A stretch of DNA of 64,000 nucleotides from Myxococcota bacterium. GTDB lineage: Bacteria > Myxococcota_A > UBA9160 > UBA4427. The position numbers and the translations under genes were made by a program. Below are positions 48,541 to 61,068 of the stretch, one piece after another (position 1 is the first letter of the stretch; each line of letters begins with the position of its first letter). The DNA lies in contig OZ252299.1 of the NCBI GenBank assembly GCA_965250285.1, positions 1,152,001 through 1,216,000 on the forward strand, in the 5' to 3' direction. The notes beneath the pieces are model-generated. The model did no database searches and was not told the origin of the DNA. It worked only from the letters and a program-made list of their open reading frames with translations.

Positions 48541-50610
48541 ATGGCCCAACGCATCCCGCTCGAGCAGACGCGCAACATCGGCATCATGGCGCACATCGAT
48601 GCCGGCAAGACCACGACGACCGAACGGATCCTCTACTACACGGGCGTCAACTACAAGATCGGTGAGGTGCACGACGGCGCCGCCACCATGGATTGGATGC
48701 AGCAGGAGCAGGAGCGCGGCATCACCATCACGTCGGCCGCGACGACCTGCGAGTGGAAGGGCCACCGCATCAACATCATCGACACCCCGGGCCACGTCGA
48801 CTTCACGATCGAAGTCGAACGCTCGCTGCGGGTGCTGGACGGCGCGGTGGCCGTCTTTTGTGGAGTGAGCGGCGTCGAGCCGCAATCGGAGACTGTCTGG
48901 CGACAGGCTGACAAGTACCGGGTTCCCCGGATTGCCTTCGTCAACAAGATGGATCGCATGGGCGCAAACTTCGAAAACGCAGTGGAGATGATCCGAGATC
49001 GCCTCGGCGCGAACCCGCTGCCTCTTCAGCTGCCGATCGGGGCAGAGGAGGGGTTCGAGGGGGTCGTCGACGTGCTGCGCGGCCGTGCGCTGTATTGGGA
49101 AAGTGACGATCTCGGCGCCGAGACTCGCGAAGACGACGTACCGACCTCGCTCGTCGACGCGACCGCCGCCGCGCGCGAGCAGGTCGTCGAAGCGGCGGCC
49201 GACTTCGATGACGAGCTGATGGCCCGCTATCTCGACGGCGAAGAGATCGGCGAAGACGAGCTCCGCAAGGCCCTGCGCCGCGGCACGCTCGAGCTGGGCC
49301 TCGTGCCCGTGCTCTGCGGCAGCGCCTTCAAGAACAAGGGCGTTCAGCCGCTGCTCGACGCGGTCAACGATTACCTGCCTTCGCCGCTCGACGTGCCGCC
49401 GGTCGAAGGCACGCGACCGAAGGACGGCGAGACGGTCACGCGCAAGGCCGACGAGAAGGAGCCGTTCTCGGCGCTCGCGTTCAAGATCATGAGCGACAAG
49501 CACGCCGGCTCGCTGACGTATCTGCGCGTCTACTCGGGCCATGTGAAGACGGGCGACCAGGTCCTCAACGTCAACAAGAACAAGAAGGCGCGCATCGGCA
49601 AGCTGCTTCAGATGCATGCGAACAAGCGCCAGGAGATCGATGAGGTCTTCGCCGGCGACATCGTCGCCGCGGTCGGCCTGAAGGGCATCACGACCGGCGA
49701 GAGCCTCGCTGCCGTGAAGCAGCCGGTGCTGCTCGAGAGCCTCGACTTCCCCGACCCCGTCATCTCGATCGCGATCGAGCCGAAGACCACGGCCGACATG
49801 GACAAGCTGGGGAGCTCGCTGGAGCGCCTCGAGATGGAGGATCCGTCCTTCCAGGTCTCGACCGACGCCGACACGGGGCAGACGCTCATTTCGGGCATGG
49901 GCGAGCTGCACCTCGAGATCATCACCGACCGCCTGCTGCGCGAGTTCAACGTCGACGCCAACGTGGGTCGTCCGCAGGTCGCCTACAAGGAGGCGATCAC
50001 CAAGACCGTCGAGGTCGAGGGGCGCTACGAGAAGCAGACCGGCACGACCAACGAGTACGCGGTCGTGCAGCTCGAGCTCTCGCCCGGTGATCGGGGTGAA
50101 GGCTTCGTCTTCGAAGACGCGTCGAAGGGCAGCCCGATTCCCCGCGACGCGGTCTCGCACATCGAACAGGCGTGCCTCGAGTCGACCCAGAGCGGGATGC
50201 TCGGCGGGTTTCCGGTCGCCGACGTCCGGGTGAAGCTGACTGGCGGCGAGTTCCGCGACGAGGAGTCGACCGAGCAGGCGTACATGGTCGCCGCCAGCAT
50301 GGGCATGGCCCAGGGGCTGCGCGAAGCCGACCCGGTGCTGCTCGAGCCGGTGATGAAGGTCGAGGTCGTGACGCCGGATGAGTATCACGGAGCCGTGCAG
50401 GGCGATCTCAGCAGTCGGCGCGGTCAGATCACCGGCATCGGCCTTCGCGGTCCCGCTCAGGTGATCGACGCAGAGGTGCCGCTCTCGGAGATGTTCGGAT
50501 ACGTCAGCGCGGTGCGGTCGATGACCCAGGGCCGTGCCAGCTACACGATGCAGTTTTCGCACTACGCACAGGCACCCGAGTCGGTGTCGAGCAAGGTCGT
50601 GGCCTTCTGA
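48541..50610 (+). CDS. fusA: Elongation factor G with a divergent domain IV
   Basis: [19 protein letters not shown] and NKMD intact; domain IV loops non-canonical. Confidence 0.95.
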   Translation: MAQRIPLEQTRNIGIMAHIDAGKTTTTERILYYTGVNYKIGEVHDGAATMDWMQQEQERGITITSAATTCEWKGHRINIIDTPGHVDFTIEVERSLRVLDGAVAVFCGVSGVEPQSETVWRQADKYRVPRIAFVNKMDRMGANFENAVEMIRDRLGANPLPLQLPIGAEEGFEGVVDVLRGRALYWESDDLGAETREDDVPTSLVDATAAAREQVVEAAADFDDELMARYLDGEEIGEDELRKALRRGTLELGLVPVLCGSAFKNKGVQPLLDAVNDYLPSPLDVPPVEGTRPKDGETVTRKADEKEPFSALAFKIMSDKHAGSLTYLRVYSGHVKTGDQVLNVNKNKKARIGKLLQMHANKRQEIDEVFAGDIVAAVGLKGITTGESLAAVKQPVLLESLDFPDPVISIAIEPKTTADMDKLGSSLERLEMEDPSFQVSTDADTGQTLISGMGELHLEIITDRLLREFNVDANVGRPQVAYKEAITKTVEVEGRYEKQTGTTNEYAVVQLELSPGDRGEGFVFEDASKGSPIPRDAVSHIEQACLESTQSGMLGGFPVADVRVKLTGGEFRDEESTEQAYMVAASMGMAQGLREADPVLLEPVMKVEVVTPDEYHGAVQGDLSSRRGQITGIGLRGPAQVIDAEVPLSEMFGYVSAVRSMTQGRASYTMQFSHYAQAPESVSSKVVAF

Positions 50611-50690
50611 TTCGAAGAGAAGGTCGAAGATCAATCCGCCCCGATGCGGGGCAGGTCGGAGCGCCGAGGCGCTCGTAGAAGGAAGACAGG

Positions 50691-51881
50691 ATGGCCAAGG
50701 AGAAGTTCGAGCGGACGAAGCCCCACGTGAACGTGGGAACGATCGGACACGTTGACCACGGCAAGACGACGCTGACGGCAGCGATCACGCAGCGGCAGGC
50801 TGCGAAGGGTCTGGCGGATCAGATGCGTTTCGACCAGATCGACAAGGCGCCGGAGGAGCGCGAGCGCGGTATTACGATCGCGACGGCGCACGTCGAGTAC
50901 CAGACCGAGGGTCGCCACTACGCGCACGTCGACTGCCCCGGCCACGCGGACTACGTGAAGAACATGATCACGGGTGCCGCTCAGATGGACGGCGCGATCC
51001 TGGTGGTGTCGGCAGCCGATGGCCCGATGCCGCAGACGCGCGAGCACGTTCTGCTGGCTCGCCAGGTGAACGTTCCGTACATCGTGGTGTTCCTGAACAA
51101 GGTGGATCAGGTCGACGACGAGGAGCTGCTCGAGCTGGTCGACATGGAGATCCGCGAGCTTCTGAACGGCTACGAGTTCCCGGGCGACGACATCCCGATC
51201 ATCCCGGGCTCGGCGCTGAACGCGCTCGAGGATCCTTCGAACGACGAGAACAACAAGTGCATCGATGATCTGATGGATGCGCTGGACGCGACGATCCCCG
51301 AGCCTGAGCGTGCTCTGGACAAGGACTTCCTGATGCCGATCGAGGACGTGTTCTCGATCACGGGCCGCGGGACGGTTGTGACGGGCCGCATCGAGCAGGG
51401 CGTGATCCACACGGGTGATGAAGTCGAGATCGTGGGCATCAAGGACACGACGACGACGACGATCACGGGCGTGGAGATGTTCCGGAAGCTCCTCGATGAG
51501 GGTCAGGCGGGCGACAACGTGGGCTGCCTGCTTCGCGGTACGGCGAAGGAAGAGGTGGAGCGCGGTCAGGTTCTGGCCAAGCCCGGCTCGATCACGCCGC
51601 ACACGAAGTTCAAGGCTCAGGCGTACATCCTGACGAAGGACGAGGGTGGTCGTCATACGCCGTTCTTCAACGGGTACCGGCCGCAGTTCTACTTCCGGAC
51701 GACGGACGTGACGGGCGTCGCGAACCTTCCGGACGGGACGGAGATGGTGATGCCGGGCGACAACGTCGAGATGACGGTGGAGCTGATCACGCCGATCGCG
51801 ATGGACAAGGAGCTTCGGTTCGCCATCCGTGAGGGTGGCCGCACCGTCGGCGCCGGCGTCGTCGCCGAGATCATCGAGTAA
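50691..51881 (+). CDS. tuf: Elongation factor Tu (copy 2)
   Basis: Protein identical to copy 1. Confidence 0.99.
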   Translation: MAKEKFERTKPHVNVGTIGHVDHGKTTLTAAITQRQAAKGLADQMRFDQIDKAPEERERGITIATAHVEYQTEGRHYAHVDCPGHADYVKNMITGAAQMDGAILVVSAADGPMPQTREHVLLARQVNVPYIVVFLNKVDQVDDEELLELVDMEIRELLNGYEFPGDDIPIIPGSALNALEDPSNDENNKCIDDLMDALDATIPEPERALDKDFLMPIEDVFSITGRGTVVTGRIEQGVIHTGDEVEIVGIKDTTTTTITGVEMFRKLLDEGQAGDNVGCLLRGTAKEEVERGQVLAKPGSITPHTKFKAQAYILTKDEGGRHTPFFNGYRPQFYFRTTDVTGVANLPDGTEMVMPGDNVEMTVELITPIAMDKELRFAIREGGRTVGAGVVAEIIE

Positions 51882-51979
51882 CTGTTTTCGCTCACGGCGA
51901 CTTGGGGTCGCCGTGAGCTGAGCGATATGAAGCTGCTTCCGGGTAACCGGTCTCGAGCTGAGCGACATGGAGCCACTGC

Positions 51980-52294
51980 ATGGCTGACGCAACGGCAAAG
52001 ATTCGCATTCGCATGAAGGCGTTCGACTACAAGCTGCTCGATCAGAGCGCGGGCGAGATCGTCGACACCGCCCTTCGGACGGGTGCGCGCGTGGCGGGGC
52101 CGATCCCGCTGCCGACGGACATCAACAAGTACACCGTGCTGCGTGGCCCGCACATCGACAAGAAGTCGCGGGAGCAGTTCGAGGTGCGCACCCACAAGCG
52201 CCTGATCGACATCCTCGATCCGACGCCGCAGACGGTGGATGCGCTGATGAAGCTCGAGCTCGCCGCGGGTGTCGACGTGGAGATCAAGCTGTAG
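51980..52294 (+). CDS. rpsJ: 30S ribosomal protein S10
   Basis: GPIPLPT and SREQFE..THKRL motifs. Confidence 0.98.
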   Translation: MADATAKIRIRMKAFDYKLLDQSAGEIVDTALRTGARVAGPIPLPTDINKYTVLRGPHIDKKSREQFEVRTHKRLIDILDPTPQTVDALMKLELAAGVDVEIKL

Positions 52295-52296
52295 CC

Positions 52297-52947
52297 ATGG
52301 CGAACATCGACGTCGTCAACATGAAGAATGAGAAGGCGGGCTCCGTCGAGCTGGCCCCGGCCGTGTTCGAGGCCGAGGTCAAGGAGCACCTCTTTCATGC
52401 CGAGGTGCGGCGACAGCTCGCTCTGCGCCGCGCGGGTACGCATGCGACCAAGAACCGCGCGCTGGTGTCGGGCGGCGGTGCGAAGCCGTATCGCCAGAAG
52501 GGCACGGGCCGCGCCCGGCAGGGTACGACGCGTGCGCCGCAGTTCGCCGGTGGTGGTGTGGTCTTCGGCCCGGTGCCGCGTGCGTACGACCACAAGCTGC
52601 CCAAGAAGGTGCGGGCCGCTGCGCTGAAGAGCGCGCTCTCGCTGCGCCAGGGCGAAGGGGCCATCAAGGTCGTCGACGCCTTCGACGTGCCCGAGTTCAA
52701 GACGAAGCAGATCGTCGCGATGCTCGAGGCGCTCGGCGTGGCCGGCCAGAAGACGCTGATCGTGAGCGCCGAGCCGAACGTGCAGCTCGAAGCGTCGGCC
52801 CGCAACATCCCGGGCGTATCGGTGATCCGAGCCGAGGGCCTGAACGTGTACGACGTGCTCCGACACGGCCAGCTCGTGCTCGCGCAGGACGCCGTCGCCG
52901 CACTGACTTCGCGGTTCGATCGCAAAGCTGCGGGAGAGGAGGCCTAG
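52297..52947 (+). CDS. rplD: 50S ribosomal protein L4
   Basis: [14 protein letters not shown] and GGVVFGP motifs. Confidence 0.97.
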   Translation: MANIDVVNMKNEKAGSVELAPAVFEAEVKEHLFHAEVRRQLALRRAGTHATKNRALVSGGGAKPYRQKGTGRARQGTTRAPQFAGGGVVFGPVPRAYDHKLPKKVRAAALKSALSLRQGEGAIKVVDAFDVPEFKTKQIVAMLEALGVAGQKTLIVSAEPNVQLEASARNIPGVSVIRAEGLNVYDVLRHGQLVLAQDAVAALTSRFDRKAAGEEA

Positions 52948-52949
52948 TC

Positions 52950-53237
52950 ATGGAGCTGCATCAGGTCATCCAGAAGCCGCTCATCACCGAGAAGAGCTCG
53001 ATCGGTCGTGAGGAACAGAACCTCGCGACGTTCGCCGTCGACCCGAACGCCACCAAGCACGACATCCGGCGCGCGGTCGAGACGCTCTTCGAGGTCGAGG
53101 TGAAGACCGTTCGGACGATGCGCCAGCCCCGCAAGAGCCGCCGCGTGGGCATGAAGATCGGCCGCCGAGCGGAGTGGAAGAAGGCCATCGTGGAGCTCGC
53201 CGAGGGCCACTCGATCGAGTTCTTCGAGGGAGTGTAG
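52950..53237 (+). CDS. rplW: 50S ribosomal protein L23
   Basis: PLITEK and WKKAIV motifs. Confidence 0.97.
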   Translation: MELHQVIQKPLITEKSSIGREEQNLATFAVDPNATKHDIRRAVETLFEVEVKTVRTMRQPRKSRRVGMKIGRRAEWKKAIVELAEGHSIEFFEGV

Positions 53238-53241
53238 AGAG

Positions 53242-54075
53242 ATGGGCATCAAGGTCTACAAGCCGACGAGCGCCGGCCGACGCAACATGAGCGTCAACGA
53301 CTTCGCCGAGCTGACGAAGGGCAACAGCCCCCAGCGCAGCCTGGTCGATGGCGGCATCGGCAAGAGTGGTGGCCGCAACAACCGCGGACGCATCACGTCG
53401 TTCAGCCGGGGTGGTGGCCACAAGCGCCGCTATCGCAAGATCGACTTTCGCCGCGAGAAGACGGGCATCCCCGCGCGTGTTGCGGCGATCGAGTACGACC
53501 CGAACCGGTCGGCGAACATCGCGCTGCTGAACTACGCCGACGGCGAGAAGCGATACATCCTCTCGCCGCTGGGCCTGAAGGTCGGCGACACCGTTTCGTC
53601 GGGCGTCGACGCCGAGATCCGTCCCGGCAACGCGCTGCCCATCGCGAACATCCCGCTCGGTACGCAGCTGCACGCCATCGAGCTCAAGCCGGGCAAGGGT
53701 GCGCAGATGGTGCGCTCGGCCGGGACGAGCGCTCAGCTGATGGCGCGTGAGGGCAAGCTCGCAACGTTGCGCCTGCCGAGCGGCGAGATGCGGCAGGTTC
53801 ACATCACGTGCATGGCGACGATCGGTCTCGTCGGCAACAGCGACCACGAGAACCAGCGCATCGGCAAGGCCGGTCGGAATCGCTGGAAGGGCCGACGCCC
53901 GATCGTGCGTGGCGTTGCCATGAACCCCGTCGATCACCCGATGGGTGGCGGCGAGGGGCGATCGTCGGGTGGCCGACACCCGTGCACGCCGTGGGGCAAG
54001 CCCACCAAGGGGCGCAAGACGCGCAACAACCCGCAGTCGGACAAGTACATCGTGAAGCGGCGAGGTAAGAAGTAA
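53242..54075 (+). CDS. rplB: 50S ribosomal protein L2
   Basis: EYDPNRSA and [13 protein letters not shown] motifs. Confidence 0.98.
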   Translation: MGIKVYKPTSAGRRNMSVNDFAELTKGNSPQRSLVDGGIGKSGGRNNRGRITSFSRGGGHKRRYRKIDFRREKTGIPARVAAIEYDPNRSANIALLNYADGEKRYILSPLGLKVGDTVSSGVDAEIRPGNALPIANIPLGTQLHAIELKPGKGAQMVRSAGTSAQLMAREGKLATLRLPSGEMRQVHITCMATIGLVGNSDHENQRIGKAGRNRWKGRRPIVRGVAMNPVDHPMGGGEGRSSGGRHPCTPWGKPTKGRKTRNNPQSDKYIVKRRGKK

Positions 54076-54350
54076 TGGCACGTTCCCTTCGGAAGGGGCC
54101 CTTCGTCGACCCCAGCCTCCAGAAGAAGATCGACCGCCTGCAGGCGTCGGGCGCGAAGCAGGTCATCAAGACCTGGTCGCGACGCTCGATGATCACGCCG
54201 GATTTCGTCGGTCTCACCTTTCATGTCCACAACGGCAAGCTCTTCATGCCCGTCTTCGTGACGGAGAACATGGTGGGTCATCGCCTGGGAGAGTTCGCGC
54301 CGACCCGAAAGTTCACGGGTCACGCGAGCGACAAGAAAGTGAAGCGCTGA
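54075..54350 (+). CDS. rpsS: 30S ribosomal protein S19
   Basis: KTWSRRS and [11 protein letters not shown] motifs. Confidence 0.98.
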   Translation: MARSLRKGPFVDPSLQKKIDRLQASGAKQVIKTWSRRSMITPDFVGLTFHVHNGKLFMPVFVTENMVGHRLGEFAPTRKFTGHASDKKVKR

Positions 54351-54351
54351 C

Positions 54352-54699
54352 ATGGACGTCAAGGCCAGCCTCAAGAACTACCGGGTGAGCGCTCAGAAGG
54401 CGCGCCTGCTCGCGGACCAGATCCGTGGCAAGGGCGTCGAAGAGGCGCTGACCCTGCTCACTCTGTCGCAGAAGCGGTTCGCCAAGCCGCTCGCGAAGCT
54501 CGTTCGCTCGGCCGTCTCGAACGCCGAGTTCAAGAACGAGCAGCAGGAGTCGGGCATCGACATCGACAACCTGGTCGTCTCGACGATCACCGTGAACGAA
54601 GGGCCGAGCCTCTGGCGGATCCGCCCTCGCGCTCAGGGCCGCGCCACGTGGATCCAGAAGCGCACCAGTCACATCACCCTGGTTCTCTCGGAAGACTAA
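54352..54699 (+). CDS. rplV: 50S ribosomal protein L22
   Basis: [14 protein letters not shown] motif. Confidence 0.97.
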   Translation: MDVKASLKNYRVSAQKARLLADQIRGKGVEEALTLLTLSQKRFAKPLAKLVRSAVSNAEFKNEQQESGIDIDNLVVSTITVNEGPSLWRIRPRAQGRATWIQKRTSHITLVLSED

Positions 54700-54746
54700 T
54701 TCCAAGCGCTAGGCAAGCAGGTCTCCCACAGAGACGAGGAGCGAAC

Positions 54747-55430
54747 GTGGGTCAGAAGGTTCATCCCTACGGATTTCGGGTCGGCACCCTCTACGGGTGG
54801 CAGTCGAACTGGTTCAACGACAAGCACTACGCGAGCCAGCTGCACGAAGATCTCGAGGTCCGCAAGTACATCAAGAAGAAACTCTTTCACGCGGGCATCT
54901 CGAAGGTCGTCATCGAGCGCACCGGCGAGAAGATGGTGATCAACATCCATACCGCGCGGCCGGGCATCTTGATCGGCAAGCGCGGCGCCGAGATCGACGT
55001 GCTCCGCAAGGATCTCAAGCAGTTCACGAGCGCCGACATCTTCGTGAACGTGAAGGAGATCCGGAAGGCTGAGCTCGACGCCCAGCTCGTGGCCGAGAAC
55101 ATCGCCTCGCAGATGGAGCGCCGCGTGGCGTTCCGGCGCGCGATGAAGAAGGCCATGGTGTCGACGATGAAGTTTGGCGCCGAGGGCATCCGTATCCAGT
55201 GCTCGGGTCGCCTCGGCGGTGCGGACATGGGTCGACGTGAGTGGTACCGCGACGGACGCGTCCCGCTGCACACGCTGCGCGCCGACATCGATTACGGCTT
55301 CGCCGAAGCCCGGACCACGTACGGTGTCATCGGCGTGAAGGTCTGGATCTTCAAGGGCGAAGTCGGTGACAAGGATCTCCGCAAGGGCCCGCTCAACGAG
55401 TCGTCGGCGCCCGAGCAGGGGGCGAGGTAG
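54747..55430 (+). CDS. rpsC: 30S ribosomal protein S3
   Basis: GQKVHP and [11 protein letters not shown] motifs; GTG start. Confidence 0.98.
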   Translation: MGQKVHPYGFRVGTLYGWQSNWFNDKHYASQLHEDLEVRKYIKKKLFHAGISKVVIERTGEKMVINIHTARPGILIGKRGAEIDVLRKDLKQFTSADIFVNVKEIRKAELDAQLVAENIASQMERRVAFRRAMKKAMVSTMKFGAEGIRIQCSGRLGGADMGRREWYRDGRVPLHTLRADIDYGFAEARTTYGVIGVKVWIFKGEVGDKDLRKGPLNESSAPEQGAR

Positions 55431-55432
55431 TC

Positions 55433-55843
55433 ATGCTTCAGCCGAAGAAGGTCAAGCATCGCAAGATGTTCAAGGGGCGTCTGCGCGGCCAGGCGCATCG
55501 CGGCAACGAGGTTTCGTTCGGCGACTATGGGCTGCAGGCGACTTCGACCGGGTTCATCACGGCGCGCCAGATCGAGGCCGCTCGTATCGCGATGACCCGG
55601 CACATCAAGCGCGGTGGCAAGGTGTGGATTCGCATCTTCCCCGACAAGCCGATCACGAAGAAGCCGGCCGAAACCCGAATGGGTAAGGGCAAGGGCAATC
55701 TCGAAGCCTGGGTGTGCCCCGTGAAGCGCGGCCGCATGCTCTACGAGATGGAGGGCGTGACGCCGGAGATCGCCCGCGAGGCGTTTCGCCTGGCCGCCCA
55801 CAAGCTGCCCGTCTCGACCCGCTTCGTGATGCGGGAGGACTGA
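55433..55843 (+). CDS. rplP: 50S ribosomal protein L16
   Basis: RMGKGKG and AAHKLP motifs. Confidence 0.98.
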   Translation: MLQPKKVKHRKMFKGRLRGQAHRGNEVSFGDYGLQATSTGFITARQIEAARIAMTRHIKRGGKVWIRIFPDKPITKKPAETRMGKGKGNLEAWVCPVKRGRMLYEMEGVTPEIAREAFRLAAHKLPVSTRFVMRED

Positions 55844-55845
55844 TC

Positions 55846-56043
55846 ATGAAGGCGTCCGAATTGAGGGATCTCGGCGTCGAGGAGCTCGAGCAGAAGGCGC
55901 TCGAGACCCGCCGCGAGCTGTTCAACGCGAAGGTCAAGCACGCGACCGGACAGCTCGAGAACACCGCATTGCTGGGCACCCTGCGCAAGGACGTTGCGCG
56001 GGTCGAAACCGTGCTGGCTGGAAAGCGCGAGGCGACGAAGTGA
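55846..56043 (+). CDS. rpmC: 50S ribosomal protein L29
   Basis: MKASELR...GQLEN...RKDVARVET. Confidence 0.95.
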   Translation: MKASELRDLGVEELEQKALETRRELFNAKVKHATGQLENTALLGTLRKDVARVETVLAGKREATK

Positions 56044-56303
56044 GCGAGCGAGGAAGTCGAAGAACGCTGGTCGGAACCGTGGTCAGCGACAAAATGGACA
56101 AGACCGTCGTTGTGCGTGTGGAGCGCCTGGTTCAGGACTCCCGGTACAAGAAGTACATCCGTCGCTATTCGCGGTTCATGGCCCATGACGAGGGCAACGA
56201 CTGCAAGAACGGTGACCGTGTGCGGATCATCGAGCACCGTCCGCTCTCCAAGCGGAAGAAGTGGAAGGTGCAGGAGACGCTCGTCAAGGCGACGGGGGTC
56301 TAG
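56040..56303 (+). CDS. rpsQ: 30S ribosomal protein S17
   Basis: [10 protein letters not shown] and RPLSKRK motifs. Confidence 0.97.
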   Translation: MSERGSRRTLVGTVVSDKMDKTVVVRVERLVQDSRYKKYIRRYSRFMAHDEGNDCKNGDRVRIIEHRPLSKRKKWKVQETLVKATGV

Positions 56304-56314
56304 CGGAGAGAGCC

Positions 56315-56683
56315 ATGATCCAGCCCGAATCCACACTGCAGGTCGCAGACAACTCCGGCGCGCGCAAGGTCAAGTGCATCCGCGTGCTGGGTGGCTCGAA
56401 GCGCAAATTCGCTTCGGTCGGCGACATCATCGTGGTCGCCGTCAAGGAGGCGATCCCGAACGGCCGCGTCAAGAAGGGCGACGTGCGCCGGGCGGTCATC
56501 GTCCGAACCAAGAACGCGATCAATCGCCGCGACGGCTCGCACATCCAGTTCGATGAGAACGCCGCCGTGCTGATCAACAACGAGAAGGAAGTGGTGGGGA
56601 CACGCATTTTCGGTCCCGTCGCGCGAGAGCTGCGCGGCGCGGGTTTCATGCGAATCGTGTCCCTGGCGCCGGAGGTCCTCTGA
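56315..56683 (+). CDS. rplN: 50S ribosomal protein L14
   Basis: [15 protein letters not shown] and SLAPEVL motifs. Confidence 0.98.
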   Translation: MIQPESTLQVADNSGARKVKCIRVLGGSKRKFASVGDIIVVAVKEAIPNGRVKKGDVRRAVIVRTKNAINRRDGSHIQFDENAAVLINNEKEVVGTRIFGPVARELRGAGFMRIVSLAPEVL

Positions 56684-56684
56684 G

Positions 56685-57227
56685 ATGAATCCGAGGCTCC
56701 AGACCAGATACCGCGAAGAGGTGGTGCCGAAGCTCAAGGACGAGTTCGGTTACGCCAACCCTCATCAGGTGCCGAAGGTCGAGAAGGTCGTGATCAACAT
56801 GGGCCTGGGCGAGGCCGCCCAGAACCCGAAGATCATCGACCGCGCGCTCGAGGAGCTGGCCCAGATCACCGGCCAGCGCCCCGTCGTGCGTCGCGCGACG
56901 AAGAGCGTCTCGAACTTCAAGCTGCGCGAAGGGCAGGCCATCGGCTGCATGGTGACCCTGCGCGGTGCACGTCAGTGGGAGTTCCTGGATCGCCTGATGA
57001 GCGTTGCGCTGCCGCGCGTGCGCGACTTCAGCGGCGTGTCGGCGCGGGCCTTCGATGGCCGCGGCAACTACACGCTCGGGCTGAAGGATCAGACGATCTT
57101 TCCTGAAGTCGACTATGACGCCGTCGAGCGCACCACGGGCATGAACGTGAGTGTGGTGACGACGGCGAAGACGGATGCCGAAGGGCGAGCGCTGCTCACC
57201 CATCTCGGTATGCCGTTCCGTAAGTGA
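56685..57227 (+). CDS. rplE: 50S ribosomal protein L5
   Basis: FKLREG, LPRVRDF and FDGRGNY motifs. Confidence 0.98.
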   Translation: MNPRLQTRYREEVVPKLKDEFGYANPHQVPKVEKVVINMGLGEAAQNPKIIDRALEELAQITGQRPVVRRATKSVSNFKLREGQAIGCMVTLRGARQWEFLDRLMSVALPRVRDFSGVSARAFDGRGNYTLGLKDQTIFPEVDYDAVERTTGMNVSVVTTAKTDAEGRALLTHLGMPFRK

Positions 57228-57237
57228 GGATTCGACC

Positions 57238-57636
57238 ATGATGACCGATCCGATCGGTGACATGCTGACCCGCATCCGCAATGCGGGTTCGGTCAAGCAC
57301 GCCGCGACGTCGTGCCCGAGCTCGAAGCTGAAGCTCTCCATCGCCAAGGTGCTGAGCGATGAGGGGTTCATCTCCGACTACTCGGCCGAGCCCGGCGACA
57401 ACAACAAGACGACGCTCCACCTGACGCTCCGCTACACGGACTCGGGCGATCACATGATCGATGAGATCCACCGTGTGTCGAAGCCGGGCTGCCGGGTGTA
57501 CGTCGGCTCCAACGAGATCCCCAAGGTGCGCAACGGCCTCGGCATGGCCGTGCTGTCCACCTCGAAGGGGGTGATGTGCGATCGAGACGCCCGCGAACAG
57601 AAGGTGGGCGGCGAGATCCTCTGCGAGGTCTGGTAG
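57238..57636 (+). CDS. rpsH: 30S ribosomal protein S8
   Basis: TDPIGDMLTRIRNA, STSKGV and GGEIL motifs. Confidence 0.98.
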   Translation: MMTDPIGDMLTRIRNAGSVKHAATSCPSSKLKLSIAKVLSDEGFISDYSAEPGDNNKTTLHLTLRYTDSGDHMIDEIHRVSKPGCRVYVGSNEIPKVRNGLGMAVLSTSKGVMCDRDAREQKVGGEILCEVW

Positions 57637-57638
57637 CC

Positions 57639-58178
57639 ATGTCCCGAATCGGCAAGAAGCCGGTCGCGATTCCCGACGGCGTCACCGTCACGCTGAACGA
57701 CTCGGCGATCGAGGTGAAGGGCCCGAAGGGCACGCTTTCCGGCACCGTTCCGGCTCAGATCGAGGCGAAGGTCGAAGACGGCCAGGTCGTGTTCGCGCCG
57801 CTGGCGCAGGACAAGCACACCCGCTCGCTCTTCGGTCTGGCGCGCGCGCTGACCAACAACATGGTCACGGGCGTGACCGAGGGCTTCGCGAAGGAGCTCG
57901 AGATTCAGGGCGTCGGCTACCGCGCCGACGTGAAGGGCAAGAACCTGAATCTCACCCTCGGCTTCTCGCACCCGGTGGAGATGCCGGTGCCCGAGGGCCT
58001 CGAGATCAAGATGGACGGCAATACGAAGATCCGGATCGAGGGCATCGACAAGCAGGCCGTAGGGCAGTTCGCGGCCGAGATCCGCAAGCTGCGGCCGCCG
58101 GAGCCCTACAAGGGCAAGGGTGTGCGCTACGTCGATGAGCATGTCCGGCGCAAGGTCGGCAAGACCGGAGCGAAGTGA
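57639..58178 (+). CDS. rplF: 50S ribosomal protein L6
   Basis: MSRIGKKP and PEPYKGKG motifs. Confidence 0.98.
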   Translation: MSRIGKKPVAIPDGVTVTLNDSAIEVKGPKGTLSGTVPAQIEAKVEDGQVVFAPLAQDKHTRSLFGLARALTNNMVTGVTEGFAKELEIQGVGYRADVKGKNLNLTLGFSHPVEMPVPEGLEIKMDGNTKIRIEGIDKQAVGQFAAEIRKLRPPEPYKGKGVRYVDEHVRRKVGKTGAK

Positions 58179-58186
58179 GGTCAGTC

Positions 58187-58555
58187 ATGAAGCCCAAGGT
58201 GCAAAACGACAATCGACGGAAGTGGCTGGCGCGCCGCCAGCGCACCCGCAACTCACTCGGCCGCACGGATCGCGTGATGCTCTCGGTCTTTCGCAGCTCG
58301 AAGCACATCTACGCCCAGCTGATCGAGCCCGAGTCGGGTAAGACGCTCGGTACGGTCTCGAGCCGAAACAAGAGCATCTGCCCGGGTGGCAACGGCGGCA
58401 ACATCGAGGCTGCCAAGCAGGTGGGTACGGCCGTGGCCGAGCTGGCCAAGAACAACCAGGTCGGCGAGGTGGTCTTCAATCGAAACGGGTTCCTCTACCA
58501 CGGCCGCGTGAAGGCTCTGGCAGATGCGGCTCGCGAAGCGGGGTTGCAGTTCTGA
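58187..58555 (+). CDS. rplR: 50S ribosomal protein L18
   Basis: [11 protein letters not shown] and [14 protein letters not shown] motifs. Confidence 0.97.
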   Translation: MKPKVQNDNRRKWLARRQRTRNSLGRTDRVMLSVFRSSKHIYAQLIEPESGKTLGTVSSRNKSICPGGNGGNIEAAKQVGTAVAELAKNNQVGEVVFNRNGFLYHGRVKALADAAREAGLQF

Positions 58556-59061
58556 TGTCCAAGCTCATCAAGTCATCGATGATCAACCCGAACGACTTCG
58601 AGCTGAACGACCGGGTGATCCACATCAACCGCGTCGCGAAGGTGGTGAAGGGCGGTCGTCGCTTCAGCTTCAGCGCGCTCGTCGTCGTCGGTGACGGCAA
58701 CGGCGTCGTCGGCGTCGGGCTCGGCAAGGCGGGAGAGGTGCCCGAGGCGATTCGCAAGGGCGTCGAGAAGGCGCGCCGCTCGCTGATCCGGCTGCCGTTG
58801 GTCGACGGGACGCTGCCTCACGAGGTGATCGGGCGCTTCGGCGCGGGCAGCGTGCTGATGAAGCCCGCTTCGGCCGGTACCGGCGTGATCGCGGGCGGAC
58901 CCGTGCGCGCCGTGGTCGAGACGGCCGGTGTGCACGACATCCTCACGAAGACGCTCGGGACCAACAACCCGCGCAACGTCGTGAACGCCGTGATGGCCGG
59001 CCTGCAGAGCCTGCGCTCGCCCGAAGAGCGGCTGGCGGAGCTCGGAAGGAGGGCGTCGTGA
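58555..59061 (+). CDS. rpsE: 30S ribosomal protein S5
   Basis: [11 protein letters not shown] and GTGVIAGG motifs. Confidence 0.98.
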   Translation: MSKLIKSSMINPNDFELNDRVIHINRVAKVVKGGRRFSFSALVVVGDGNGVVGVGLGKAGEVPEAIRKGVEKARRSLIRLPLVDGTLPHEVIGRFGAGSVLMKPASAGTGVIAGGPVRAVVETAGVHDILTKTLGTNNPRNVVNAVMAGLQSLRSPEERLAELGRRAS

Positions 59062-59246
59062 GCGACAAGCCCACGCTCAAGGTCAAGCAGACCAAGAGCG
59101 AGATCGGATACAACCGCCGCCAGCGCGCGACCCTCAAGGGGCTCGGGCTGCGCCGCCTGAACCAGGTGAGCGAGCTCGAGGACACGCCGGCGGTGCGAGG
59201 CATGATCAACAAGGTCATCCACCTCGTCGAGATCGTGGAGGAGTAG
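59058..59246 (+). CDS. rpmD: 50S ribosomal protein L30
   Basis: TLKGLGLRR...RGMINKV motif. Confidence 0.96.
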   Translation: MSDKPTLKVKQTKSEIGYNRRQRATLKGLGLRRLNQVSELEDTPAVRGMINKVIHLVEIVEE

Positions 59247-59250
59247 GTCG

Positions 59251-59688
59251 ATGTTGGATCGACTCAGCCCCAACGCCGGATCCCGCAAGCCGCGCAAGCG
59301 CGTCGGCCGAGGTCCCGGTTCGGGCAAGGGAAAGACCTGCGGGTCGGGCGTGAAGGGGCAGGGCACCCGCTCGGGTGGCAACACCCCCGCCTGGTTCGAA
59401 GGCGGACAGATGAATCTGCTGCAGCGCGTACCGAAGCGCGGCTTCACGAACATCTTTCGCAAGGACACCGAGGTGGTGAACGTCGGTGCGCTCGCGGTGT
59501 TCGGTGACGGCGCGACGGTGGACGCGAAGGCACTCGCCGAGCGCGGTCTGATCCGTGGCTCGGGTTGCGCCGTGAAGCTGCTCGGCGAGGGCGATGCCCC
59601 GAAGAACCTGACGGTCAAGCTCGATCGCGTGAGCGCTGGTGCGCGCACGAAGATCGAGTCGGCCGGCGGTACGGTGGAGCTGGTCTAG
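59251..59688 (+). CDS. rplO: 50S ribosomal protein L15
   Basis: GRGPGSGKGKT, FEGGQ and PKRGF motifs. Confidence 0.98.
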   Translation: MLDRLSPNAGSRKPRKRVGRGPGSGKGKTCGSGVKGQGTRSGGNTPAWFEGGQMNLLQRVPKRGFTNIFRKDTEVVNVGALAVFGDGATVDAKALAERGLIRGSGCAVKLLGEGDAPKNLTVKLDRVSAGARTKIESAGGTVELV

Positions 59689-59757
59689 TGCCCGTTCGTC
59701 GGTTGAACATGGAGTGGGTCTAGTGCCCGGTCGTCGCCTGAACATGGAGTGGGTCTA

Positions 59758-59760
<3 letters not shown>
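59676..59760 (+). repeat. 35-bp tandem repeat encoding two 11-codon mini-ORFs between rplO and secY
   Basis: GGAG..GGTCTAGTG at 59676, 59711 and 59746; mini-ORFs at 59688-59723 and 59723-59758. Confidence 0.9.
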
Positions 59761-61064
<1,304 letters not shown>

Positions 61065-61068
<4 letters not shown>

